This document shows, piece after piece, positions 39,903-48,823 of a stretch of 64,000 bases of DNA (positions within the stretch are counted from its first letter, which is position 1; every line of letters starts with the position of its first letter). Source of the stretch: Nitrospirota bacterium (lineage in GTDB: Bacteria; Nitrospirota; UBA9217); the NCBI GenBank assembly GCA_963740085.1, contig CAVUCU010000001.1, forward strand, positions 960,001 to 1,024,000, in the 5' to 3' direction. The position numbers were made by a program, and so were the translations under genes. The notes beneath the pieces are model-generated. The model ran no database searches. It was given only the letters and a program-made list of their open reading frames with translations, and was not told where the DNA came from.

Positions 39903-40066
39903 AATTACTTAAATACAAGCATCAATATAAAGAATTGTCAATATTTTAAATCATGCATTAACTTCTACGGGATGTTGTTTCTATCTGTGCTCTCTGAGCT
40001 TTTCTTGTTTTAATAAAGTCGAAGAATAAATGTTGCGTCAGGAAGATTGAACGCGACTGGCCCACT

Positions 40067-40437
40067 CTATACCTCTTCAGCATGCAGCCACTCCACTGCG
40101 GTCTTTCGGTCGTAAAACGGTTGTGACTGGATACCGGCATACTCAAGCAACATGCCCAGTTGCCGCGCTCTGCCGTAACGAACGGTTTGTGCCACTACTA
40201 TCGCTATACGGGACCCCAGCTTCTTTCTCCCTCCGCTGAGAATCGATGAAATCTGTTCAATCACTTCAAGGGGCGGGATCTCCTCCGAATCCGTCACGTT
40301 TATCAGCACAAGCGAATTGGAAGGAAGGTGCTCATCTTCAATCATCAGGCGAAATCCAGTAGCAGCTCGTCGATCGAAAAATGAACAGCCACTAGTATCT
40401 CTACGATGTCACCGTCAATGCGATGCAGAATTCCCAT
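40067..40437 (-). pseudogene. STAS/SEC14 (SpoIIAA-like) protein with -1 frameshift near 40349
   Basis: MGILHRIDGDIVEILV...LLLDF then shifted LMIEDEH...RIAIVV...YGRARQ...AVEWL; span is 3n-1. Confidence 0.6.
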
Positions 40438-40503
40438 GCCTTACCCTTTCAGAATAACGTCGCCAGGTTTCCGTCTGTCAACAGAGGACCTTCAGTGCCG
40501 ACC

Positions 40504-41478
40504 TCACCTTTTCTTTTCCTCGACCAGAACACGATAGGATCTCAAATGATGGACGACGAAACCTCCAAACGACCGGTGCGGTGTCATCGCTGATTCCGCC
40601 ACTGCCAGCTGCGCCTCAAAGTATTTACCGCCCTTGCCAAAGAAGGTGACCTTCGCCGGTGTGGTCTCAAGCGTTTCGACGCCGATCATCACTTTTTTGT
40701 TCATCCGGTCCGCGTAATCGAGCTCGTTCTGTGCGTGCGACACGATCCCGTCAGGACCTTCGGCAGCGTTCCGGTAGTCCATGATCGCGACATAGTCGTA
40801 TATGTCTTGAACGAACTCGTTCAGCTTCCGGCGCTGCCCTTTCCACTCGACGTCTTCGATGCCGTCGTACCAGAACGGCATCGCCGGCCCCACGAGCATA
40901 CTCGATCCGGCCGCGGCCTTCATGCGCATGAATTCGGCGGAGAGCTCCAGATACTGCCTGCCGCGCACCGGGCGCCCGGTTGCCCAGTCGTCGAGAAGGT
41001 AGGGTTCTATGTCGATGTTGACGCCGTCGAATCGCGAGGACGCATCCGGCGTGCCTCTGTTGAAGTCGAGGACGGCTCCGAACATTCGTACGGCGGCGCG
41101 GTGCTTCTCCTGGAGGATGTACTCCTGGGTGCGGAGATACGCAGAGCCAAGAAGCGCAAATACCTTGAACCCTCGCGCGTGGGCGCTTGCGATGAGCTTC
41201 CGGTATTTCCCGGGCTCGTTCACCAGAATGTTCCGGCCGTTGAATTCGTCGGCATACAGATAGATCGTCGAGATATGCTGCTGATCGAGGAAGGTTTCTA
41301 CTTCCCGCTGCGCCTCATCATTGTCGAGCATGAGGACGGCGTCTTCCTCCCAGATCCACACGGCGCGCGGTGCGGCGACGGCCGAGTGTCCCGGCGCCAC
41401 AAACGCCAACCACAAAACGAGCATCGCGCTTGCGGCCCGAAAACAGGTCGTGAGGGTTCGGTTCATCCTGTCATTCAC
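40504..41478 (-). CDS. secreted TIM-barrel protein, GH18-like
   Basis: Signal peptide; FDGVNIDIEPY resembles DGxDxDxE; IMDY. Confidence 0.6.
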   Translation of the reverse strand: MNDRMNRTLTTCFRAASAMLVLWLAFVAPGHSAVAAPRAVWIWEEDAVLMLDNDEAQREVETFLDQQHISTIYLYADEFNGRNILVNEPGKYRKLIASAHARGFKVFALLGSAYLRTQEYILQEKHRAAVRMFGAVLDFNRGTPDASSRFDGVNIDIEPYLLDDWATGRPVRGRQYLELSAEFMRMKAAAGSSMLVGPAMPFWYDGIEDVEWKGQRRKLNEFVQDIYDYVAIMDYRNAAEGPDGIVSHAQNELDYADRMNKKVMIGVETLETTPAKVTFFGKGGKYFEAQLAVAESAMTPHRSFGGFVVHHLRSYRVLVEEKKR

Positions 41479-41505
41479 TCCTCGGGACGGCCCGGAGCCC
41501 CGATG

Positions 41506-42378
41506 TTAAGGGGCTGATGGGTTAGCAATATTGAATTCAGATTCAGCACGCTCGTTCCAGAGAACTACTCCATGCATCGTATCTTCATATGAGGTGGTGA
41601 AATCGAAGCTGAGCACGATAAGACCTACAGCGCCCGCTGAAACATCCAATGAAGAAACATGGTGACCGCGAGAAGCAGCATAAAAAGGCGCAACCACCGC
41701 TACGAGTGCGGCAACTGCAATACCCAGCCGAACTAAACCATTGCGCGTTTCACCGAGATACAGTTGCCCGAATCCCGGTATAAGAGATCGAAACGCTGCA
41801 GTTTCTTTTGATTTCCACGGAACTGTCTTTGCTTCTGCGGCAAATGCCGCCAATGATGAGTTCGGTTGATCTTTGATGAGTTCGTTAAATGCTTCATCCG
41901 GTGAGGAACGCGGCAGTCCTTGAGCGCCCACGCTTCGATACGCCCAGCCCAGCCGATACAGTGTGAGGGGCCGCAGTTTCGTTTGCGGATGCAGCTCAAG
42001 AAGTGTTTCCCAAATTTGAACCGCGCTGTCCGGCGCACGAAAGCGCAGATCTTCCAGATCCAACGATCCGGCCAAGCTCTGAAATCCAGGGAAGTCGGTG
42101 ATGGCAGCAGCGGCCTCAGCCAGATATTTTCCGGTGCTTCGTTCAGGGGACAAGAACCTGTATCGATAAAAACCTTCTGCCTGCAGAAAAAGACTGCGTT
42201 CGGACGGCTCCGGCTTGTATTCATCAACCGTTTTTTCGGTGCGTTGAAGCTGCTGCTGGGCCTTGGAAAACGTCTGGTCATCTTGACGAATCAGGACCGA
42301 GCTTGCAGAGCATGCATTCAGCAAACCACCGATCAGCATCACCATGACGTATTTTGGAGCATACGGAAATTTGTTCAT
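41506..42378 (-). CDS. hypothetical lipoprotein with TPR-like segment and C-terminal TM helices
   Basis: Lipobox LNAC; LYRLGWAY; SLIPGFGQLYLG motif. Confidence 0.7.
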   Translation of the reverse strand: MNKFPYAPKYVMVMLIGGLLNACSASSVLIRQDDQTFSKAQQQLQRTEKTVDEYKPEPSERSLFLQAEGFYRYRFLSPERSTGKYLAEAAAAITDFPGFQSLAGSLDLEDLRFRAPDSAVQIWETLLELHPQTKLRPLTLYRLGWAYRSVGAQGLPRSSPDEAFNELIKDQPNSSLAAFAAEAKTVPWKSKETAAFRSLIPGFGQLYLGETRNGLVRLGIAVAALVAVVAPFYAASRGHHVSSLDVSAGAVGLIVLSFDFTTSYEDTMHGVVLWNERAESEFNIANPSAP

Positions 42379-42403
42379 AGTCGCGATGACTCCATGTTTT
42401 TAC

Positions 42404-42464
42404 GGATAAATGCGCGTGTGAAACGCGCGTCTCTTTCGCGTCGGTCTCGACCCGCTGGTTGTAC
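42404..42464 (-). mobile_element. attC-like recombination site (degenerate)
   Basis: Begins at the rsgA stop: GTACAAC-CAGCGGGTCGAGACCGACGCG-AAAGAGA-CGCGCGTTTCACACGCGCA-TTTATCC; 61 bp. Confidence 0.5.
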
Positions 42465-43534
42465 TACTGGTTCCCTTTTTTGTGATGTTTCATTTCTGAC
42501 TTGATGAACTGTCCGAATTTACGGTCCTTTCTGCGCTTCTCACGGTAGGATAGCTCGTTGTACTCAGATTCTTTCATCAGTTTCAAATAGCTCTGGTATC
42601 TATCCGCAAGCACTGTGCCATTTTCAATTGCGGCCAGGAGTGCGCAGCCGACTTCCTGAGTATGGGTGCAATTGGCAAAACGGCAGGTTTTTGAAAGGCT
42701 CCAAATATCTGAGAAGCTTTCCTCGAGCCCTGAGCTGACGCCGATATTCCCCAATTCCCTCATTCCGGGGGTGTCGATCACCATCGCCCCATGATCCAGG
42801 ACGATCAGTTGGCGCTGCGCCGTCGTGTGTTTGCCCTTTCCGTCGCTTGCACGGACTGTGTTTGTCTCAAATAGATCGCGGCCTATAATATGGTTCAAGA
42901 GCGTTGTTTTGCCTACTCCGGAAGACCCAACCAGACAATATGTTTTACCCGGCTCCAGTAACTGTCGCACTTGATCCACTCCGAAGCCGGTTACGTTGCT
43001 GAGCGGGAGGACTTTGCAATCTATGTGAGCTTGACGAACCTCCGATATTCTTTGCTCCAGTTTCTCGGGGCTGACGAGGTCGCTTTTTGTCAGGAGCAGT
43101 ATCGGTTCAATGTGACCTTCGTTTACCATCACGAGGTAGCGCTCCAGTCTGCGCAGATTGAAATCAAGATCACAGGCTTGCACGATCAGGGCGGAATCAA
43201 TGTTGACCGCGATCATCTGGTAATCGATTTTTTTACCAGGGGTTTTTCTCCGCAAAAAAGATCTGCGCGGGAGAAGACCATGGATGATGGCAAAGGTATC
43301 GTCGTTGTGAAACTGGACCAGTGCCCAATCACCTACCGAAGGAAGATCAATGCTCGATTCAGCGGAGTAAATAAAACTTCCGGCTAATTCAGCGAGTACT
43401 TCGCTGTTATGATTTCTTACGAGGTAGCTGTCCCTGTGGACAGCGGTCACGCGAGCCACGTTGCAGTCAGGTCTCAGCGCCTCCGCTCTTTTGTCTTCAA
43501 ACCACTGATCAAAGCCGAGAGTTCTATTTTCCAT
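42464..43534 (-). CDS. rsgA: ribosome small subunit-dependent GTPase A
   Basis: VGDW, LTKSD, GSSGVGKTT, GKHTT, DTPG, CRFANCTHTQEVGC. Confidence 0.95.
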   Translation of the reverse strand: MENRTLGFDQWFEDKRAEALRPDCNVARVTAVHRDSYLVRNHNSEVLAELAGSFIYSAESSIDLPSVGDWALVQFHNDDTFAIIHGLLPRRSFLRRKTPGKKIDYQMIAVNIDSALIVQACDLDFNLRRLERYLVMVNEGHIEPILLLTKSDLVSPEKLEQRISEVRQAHIDCKVLPLSNVTGFGVDQVRQLLEPGKTYCLVGSSGVGKTTLLNHIIGRDLFETNTVRASDGKGKHTTAQRQLIVLDHGAMVIDTPGMRELGNIGVSSGLEESFSDIWSLSKTCRFANCTHTQEVGCALLAAIENGTVLADRYQSYLKLMKESEYNELSYREKRRKDRKFGQFIKSEMKHHKKGNQ

Positions 43535-43549
43535 ATTAAGTCAACATTA

Positions 43550-43606
43550 AGTCAACGAGCGGGTGGGACGCCTTTTTGCGCGTCGGCCTCGACCCGCGTG
43601 TTGGCA
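43550..43606 (-). mobile_element. attC-like recombination site
   Basis: TGCCAAC-ACGCGGGTCGAGGCCGACGC-GCAAAAA-GGCGTCCCACCCGCTC-GTTGACT; 57 bp imperfect palindrome with AAC/GTT ends. Confidence 0.55.
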
Positions 43607-43630
43607 CCATCGTGTCGGATATCGCTCTGC

Positions 43631-43654
43631 AAAAAAGCCGCTCATTCAGCGGCT
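43631..43654 (-). terminator. intrinsic terminator
   Basis: AGCCGCT-GAATG-AGCGGCT-TTTTT. Confidence 0.75.
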
Positions 43655-43715
43655 GTTCTCAATACAATAGTGGAATACCGTCGTTCTAAAAGGAGGGATT
43701 ATCTTTGTTGATTTC
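43631..43715 (-). ncRNA. candidate ~85-nt small RNA
   Basis: Bounded by a consensus sigma-70 promoter and an intrinsic terminator; no ORF; contains CCCUCCUUUU. Confidence 0.5.
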
Positions 43716-43721
43716 AATGCC

Positions 43722-43749
43722 ATTATAGTGAAGTGTATTTGCTTGTCAA
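43722..43749 (-). promoter_or_regulatory. consensus sigma-70 promoter
   Basis: TTGACA-N16-TATAAT. Confidence 0.75.
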
Positions 43750-43870
43750 GAAGATTGAGGAGGCGGAACGGGGGTATTGCAGGGGCGATACACGCGGACC
43801 CACTTCCCGCAGGATACATATACTTTTTTCATTTGCAATGCCTTCCCGACTCTGTTAATCTTCGCACGTT

Positions 43871-45853
43871 ATGAAGCAATTCCCGATCAATATCTTTCTC
43901 CCCGCGGCCGGACTCGGCGAGCGGCTCAGGCCGATCACGAACCACCTGCCCAAGCCGCTGCTGCCGATCCTCGGAAAGCCGCTGATAGAGATCATTCTCG
44001 AACGGATCGCGGCCGCCTGTTCCGGCATCATCGGCATCAACCTCCATTACAAGCCTGAACTGCTGCGCGACTGGGCTCGGGCGTCCCGCTATGCCGACCG
44101 CATCCGGTTCTTTCCGGAAGATCCGATCCTCGGCACCGGAGGCGCGCTCAAGAACGCCGAAGAGCTCCTTTCGGGCGGCCACTTCCTGGTGCACAACGCG
44201 GACATCCTTCTGGATATCGACTTTGAACGGCTGATCGATGCCCACCTTAGCTCGGGAAACATTGCCACGCTCGTGACGCATAACCATCCAAAGTTCAGCA
44301 ACGTGGTCGTTGATGAAAATGGTCTTCTGGTCAATGTGGAGAATCCCGGGGACTCCCGGCCGGACCCGCTCACCATCGCAAAAAAAGTCGCCTACACCGG
44401 CATCGCCGTCTATTCCCCGGAAATATTAAAATTTCTTCCCGCAGGCGTATCCCACATGACCGTGGCCTGGATCGCGGCGGCGAAGGCGGGACATCGCGTT
44501 CAGACGCATGACGTTACGGGCGCTTATTGGAACGACATCGGCACCCCAGCCTCGTATGTCGCGAGCGTGCTCGATGCCCTGAGGGAAAACGGGGAAACAG
44601 TCCATGTGTCCCCGGCCGCCACGTGCGGGAAGATCGACATCGACGGCTACATCGTTATGGAATCGAGATGTGATGTCCGGGATGATGCGCGGCTCAGAAA
44701 CTGCCTTGTGATGCCCGATGCGCTTGTCTCGGGCAAATACGAGAACCGAATAATCGGTCCCGACTATGCCGTTGAACTCAGGGAAGCGGAGGTGCAGCCA
44801 TCGGTCCACGCCCGGGAGCAGAAAAGGGTGCCGCTTTCAGGACCGCTTTTTGCCCGGTATTTTGGAGTTGGGGTTTCCGCTGATCAATCTGCAATCCGAA
44901 ATCCGCAATCCGAAATTGCGTCAGACGCGATCCTGATCGGCCTCGGCGGGTCGGACAGGCGCTACTTCCGCGTGCGCAACAACGGGAAAACGGCGGTGCT
45001 CATGGAGTGCAGACCCGACGACCCGGATTACGAGCGCCATCTCATCTATACCCGCTACTTCGAGGCCCATTCTGTGCCGGTGCCGGTCCTCATCGCGTCC
45101 GATGACGACGACAAGCGCGCCCTCTTCGAGGACCTCGGCGATACCAGCCTCTACTCCTACCTGAAACTTCCGCACGACGACGCGCAGGTCGAGGAAATCT
45201 ACTGCAGCGTGCTCGACATCCTGGTTGCGCTCCACGGCCGGGCTACCGCGCATGTCCATGAATGCCCGCTGCTCCGCGACCGGATCTTTGATTTTGACTA
45301 TCTGCGATGGGAAACGAGCTACTTTCATGACCGGTTCGTTCTTGGACTCCGCAAGGCGGCGTTGAACGATGACGGCTCGTTGAAGGAAGAGTTCAACCAT
45401 CTCGCGCAGAAGGTGGATGCCTTTCCCAAGGGAGTGATCCACCGCGACTTCCAGTGTCAGAACATCATGATCACTCCCGGGGGTATTCCGCGTGTCATCG
45501 ATTTTCAGGGCGCGAGAATGGCGCCTGCTGCGTACGATGTCGCCTCGATCCTGTGGGACCCGTACTTCCGGATCGAGAACGGCACCCGCGAGCGGCTGCT
45601 CGATTATTATGTCAGTGAGATGAAGCGGGATTCAGCGGGCTTTCATGAAGCATCATTCAGAGAGAGCATCATCCCCTGCCGCCTTCAGCGCCATATGCAG
45701 GCGCTCGGCGCGTACGGCTTTCTCTCTGTCGTGAAAGGGAAAAAGCATTTCCTCAAGCACGTACCCGAGGCGCTCAGGATGCTGAAGGAAGAAACGGCAT
45801 CTATGAAGAGCGAATATCCTGAACTTTACAAACTCGTGGACGGCCTGTCATAA
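43871..45853 (+). CDS. fused nucleotidyltransferase (MurU-like) and phosphotransferase (AmgK-like)
   Basis: AAGLGERLRPIT..PKPL, LGTGG, W.DIGT; then GSDRRYFR, EDLGD, HRDFQ..N, IDFQGA, QRHMQALG. Confidence 0.85.
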   Translation: MKQFPINIFLPAAGLGERLRPITNHLPKPLLPILGKPLIEIILERIAAACSGIIGINLHYKPELLRDWARASRYADRIRFFPEDPILGTGGALKNAEELLSGGHFLVHNADILLDIDFERLIDAHLSSGNIATLVTHNHPKFSNVVVDENGLLVNVENPGDSRPDPLTIAKKVAYTGIAVYSPEILKFLPAGVSHMTVAWIAAAKAGHRVQTHDVTGAYWNDIGTPASYVASVLDALRENGETVHVSPAATCGKIDIDGYIVMESRCDVRDDARLRNCLVMPDALVSGKYENRIIGPDYAVELREAEVQPSVHAREQKRVPLSGPLFARYFGVGVSADQSAIRNPQSEIASDAILIGLGGSDRRYFRVRNNGKTAVLMECRPDDPDYERHLIYTRYFEAHSVPVPVLIASDDDDKRALFEDLGDTSLYSYLKLPHDDAQVEEIYCSVLDILVALHGRATAHVHECPLLRDRIFDFDYLRWETSYFHDRFVLGLRKAALNDDGSLKEEFNHLAQKVDAFPKGVIHRDFQCQNIMITPGGIPRVIDFQGARMAPAAYDVASILWDPYFRIENGTRERLLDYYVSEMKRDSAGFHEASFRESIIPCRLQRHMQALGAYGFLSVVKGKKHFLKHVPEALRMLKEETASMKSEYPELYKLVDGLS

Positions 45854-45859
45854 ATAAAC

Positions 45860-46096
45860 TTACAACGCGCCCTTCGCTTTCAACGCCTTCTCAACCGCCG
45901 CGATCTGCTCATTATGCAGTTTGCAGTCCTCTTCATATTCGGCCGCCATATTCTGTGCCTTCTCGGCGCCGATATGCACCGAGGTCTTGCCGAACGTGAA
46001 CGAGTGCAGGTCCTCGATATCGCAGAGGCTGTCTTTCAACCGGTTGAGCTCTGTCTTGAGCTCATCGACCGACATGTCTTCTAATTTTTTTGCCAT
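45860..46096 (-). CDS. small coiled-coil hypothetical protein
   Basis: GAGG RBS; 78-aa helical ORF with typical codon usage. Confidence 0.65.
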   Translation of the reverse strand: MAKKLEDMSVDELKTELNRLKDSLCDIEDLHSFTFGKTSVHIGAEKAQNMAAEYEEDCKLHNEQIAAVEKALKAKGAL

Positions 46097-46125
46097 AAGA
46101 ACTCCACCTCAAAGAAGTATTTTTT

Positions 46126-46203
46126 ACCGCTGAGACACAGAGAACGCAGAGAGAATCCTTGTTATTCAAAGTGCATTTCTCCGCGTCTCCGCGTCTCTGT
46201 GGT
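46126..46203. repeat. CACAGAG-family inverted repeat
   Basis: ACCGCTGAGACACAGAGAACGCAGAG ... CTCCGCGTCTCCGCGTCTCTGTGGT. Confidence 0.7.
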
Positions 46204-46217
46204 AGATTACGACTTTT

Positions 46218-47642
46218 TTACGGGTTCATCAAGCTTTCAAGATAATCCAGCGCCTCTCGCCGGTCCTTGAGCATACCCTCGGCCTGGCGCTCTTTGATCT
46301 CTTCAAGTACCACACGGAACTTCGGCCCCGGTTTCAGGCCGCGATCGATCAGGTCCTGCCCGGATACCAGCGGCTTCGCCTCGACCTTCAGGAACTTCAT
46401 GTAATAATATTCCAGCACCGCAGCCATGGGTCCTGTCGTGTCCGTGAACTGCTCCTTCGGCATGATCTCGCGGGTCGCGCGGGCATCCGCCTGCGCAAGG
46501 ATGAGGCTTTCCGGCAGGGCATCACCGACGTCCCGGCAATAGCGGTACATCGCGTTCTTGCTCGGCCCTCCGGGAGCGGACAGATTGAACAACCGCATGT
46601 GCTGTTTGATGACGCGGGTGATTGCTTTCTCCGTGTCATTCGAAAGTTTGAACCGCCTGCACAAAGATGCCGCCTTTTCAGCGCCAAGGCTGTCATGTCC
46701 GTGGAAACGAACATGTCCGTCTGCATTGCTGAACGTCTCGGGCTTCGCGTTATCGTGAATCAGACAGGCGAATCTGAGCGCCGCCTTTCTCGGCACGAGA
46801 TGCTCAAGGCGCTCCTCAAGATGCGCACGTATCGTCTTGTCGTGATCAGGCGATATCCCCGGCAGATCGTCAAGCACGTTGTCTATATATCCGGCCGTCT
46901 TGATCGAATGGGTCAGGACATCGTGGACGTGATACCTTCCCGGCGCGAACGCGCGGAGCGGTTCGAGCTCGGGGAAAAGCGGTGACAGAAGGCCGAGTGA
47001 ATCCATGAGCATGAGGTGCTTTTCGGCGTTCCGCTCTGAGAGGATCAAAAAAATCTCGTCCCGCACGCGCTCGGGGGAGGGCCTGGTTATGAGCCTTGAA
47101 TGTTGCCGGATCTGACCGACAGTCCCTTCTTCGATCGCAAACCCGAGCGTGGCCGCAAATCGTATTGCGCGCAGAAGCCGGAGCGGGTCTTCTTCCAGTA
47201 CACCCGGCCTCGTCACCCGGACAAGCCTGTTCTTGACGTCTTCCCGGCCATGCAAGGGATCGATCAATCCATCGAGAGACGCAGTGGTGATGAAAACCCT
47301 CAGATCAAGCGCCATCGCGTTCATGGTAAAGTCCCGACGCGCAAGATCTGCGTAGAGATCAGGTCCTTCGAAGTTCGTAAAATCAAACTGAATGATATCA
47401 GAATCCGTATGTTTGACGATGCGGGTGATCTTCCGCTCTTCATCGAGAAAAAAGAAACTTCCGCCTATGGTATCGGCAAACCTCCGTGCCACGTCCTCCG
47501 AGCCGGAGGCTGTCAGGAGGTCGATGTCCTTGATATCCTGCCTGCCGATCAGCAGGTCGCGAACTGATCCGCCGACGAGGTAGATCTTGTGCGGGGTGAG
47601 GGAGGGAAGTTTGGAAAGATATGTCCCGAAAGGAGAATTCAT
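46218..47642 (-). CDS. CCA-adding enzyme / poly(A) polymerase family with HD domain
   Basis: VGGSVRD, DIDL, DLARRDFTMNA, EDPLRLLRAIRF, ERVRDE, IHD; start MNSPFG inferred. Confidence 0.9.
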   Translation of the reverse strand: MNSPFGTYLSKLPSLTPHKIYLVGGSVRDLLIGRQDIKDIDLLTASGSEDVARRFADTIGGSFFFLDEERKITRIVKHTDSDIIQFDFTNFEGPDLYADLARRDFTMNAMALDLRVFITTASLDGLIDPLHGREDVKNRLVRVTRPGVLEEDPLRLLRAIRFAATLGFAIEEGTVGQIRQHSRLITRPSPERVRDEIFLILSERNAEKHLMLMDSLGLLSPLFPELEPLRAFAPGRYHVHDVLTHSIKTAGYIDNVLDDLPGISPDHDKTIRAHLEERLEHLVPRKAALRFACLIHDNAKPETFSNADGHVRFHGHDSLGAEKAASLCRRFKLSNDTEKAITRVIKQHMRLFNLSAPGGPSKNAMYRYCRDVGDALPESLILAQADARATREIMPKEQFTDTTGPMAAVLEYYYMKFLKVEAKPLVSGQDLIDRGLKPGPKFRVVLEEIKERQAEGMLKDRREALDYLESLMNP

Positions 47643-47917
47643 CGCTGATGATATAGGGTCCTGCAATCGAACCACAGGGCAAACAGTGGAACCCCTTTTA
47701 TTGAAACGGGAAGTCATTTTCCCGCAATGGCCTGTGAAAGATAGGCGGCCACTTAGGGATTCCGCAGAGTTCGCGGAGAAAAGCTAAAAAATGTTCCGGG
47801 TTAAAACAAGACTTAGGGGTTTTGATTTTAGCTCTGCGTCCTCGGCATGCTCTGCGAGAGACGCCCTTATAGTTCAGGCTTGACCGGGTTCGTTACACTT
47901 GATGACAGCACCGACCG

Positions 47918-48610
47918 TCACTCGTTCATTTCCTTCTCCGTAACGTGCTCACCCGTGATCTTCCTGGTCTTCGTCAGCCGTTTTCGCCGCTCTTCCCGGC
48001 TCACATACCAGTCCTCGATGAGCGTCTCGACCAGACCGATCAAGAGCTCCGCCTCGCCGGGATCGGTATCGAGGATCTCCGCGCCTTCGCTCTCCATATG
48101 GGCGCCGATCATTCCGCTCTTCCTGATCGACTCGATGGTCTCCCAGGTAAGAGGGTCCGCAGTGCCCTTGATCTGCCGGAACTCATCGCCCAGGCTGCCG
48201 GGCTGCACCTGCCAGTAGTCCCGTAACATCGACGAAAGACAGCGTCGCGCCATGGCAGCGGCGACCTTGGAACTCAGTTCGAGGGTGAGACAGGCCTCCT
48301 GGTAGTCCTGAAGAATGTCCTGGGGAATGGTTATCGGGAATGAGCGGGCGCGGGAAGGCGGGACAAGGGCCCAGGTCTTGATGTGCTTTCCCGTGTAGGT
48401 ACGCTTTCCACTGACCTCCAGATGGTGCAGCGAGGTGATCAGGGAAAACTTACGGCACTCGGGATTGGGACATACCACAAACTTGCTCACCAGCCGGCGC
48501 GGACCATCCGCGTTCGGCAGGGTGAGATCGGCAAAGGACACACGCCGGTCTTCGTCGCTCACGGTCAGTTCCCTGCTGCAGTTTGGACAGTACCAGAGAT
48601 ATTCACTCAT
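47918..48610 (-). CDS. DUF4145-domain protein with N-terminal Cys pairs
   Basis: WYCPNC, CPNPEC, DYQEAC..AAAMARRCL..; GGAGG RBS before MSEYLW. Confidence 0.7.
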   Translation of the reverse strand: MSEYLWYCPNCSRELTVSDEDRRVSFADLTLPNADGPRRLVSKFVVCPNPECRKFSLITSLHHLEVSGKRTYTGKHIKTWALVPPSRARSFPITIPQDILQDYQEACLTLELSSKVAAAMARRCLSSMLRDYWQVQPGSLGDEFRQIKGTADPLTWETIESIRKSGMIGAHMESEGAEILDTDPGEAELLIGLVETLIEDWYVSREERRKRLTKTRKITGEHVTEKEMNE

Positions 48611-48644
48611 GTTGCCCTCCATAGCGCGGCCTTTGGCCGCAGCC

Positions 48645-48758
48645 AATGCAAAATGCAAATGGTAAATTTCAAATTGCAAAATTGAGGTATGACCTTAGTC
48701 TGCAGTGTCTTTTCTCTCATTTTGACTTTTGCATTTTGCACTCTGCATTTTGCAATTA
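48645..48758. repeat. 7-nt-periodic TGCAAAA/TTTTGCA inverted-repeat element
   Basis: AATGCAA AATGCAA ATGGTAA ATTTCAA ATTGCAA ... TTTTGAC TTTTGCA TTTTGCA CTCTGCA TTTTGCA. Confidence 0.75.
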
Positions 48759-48823
48759 CGTTTCAAACATTCACGCGAACAGGTCAAGTTCTAAAGAGAA
48801 ATAACATAATACGCGGACAACTA

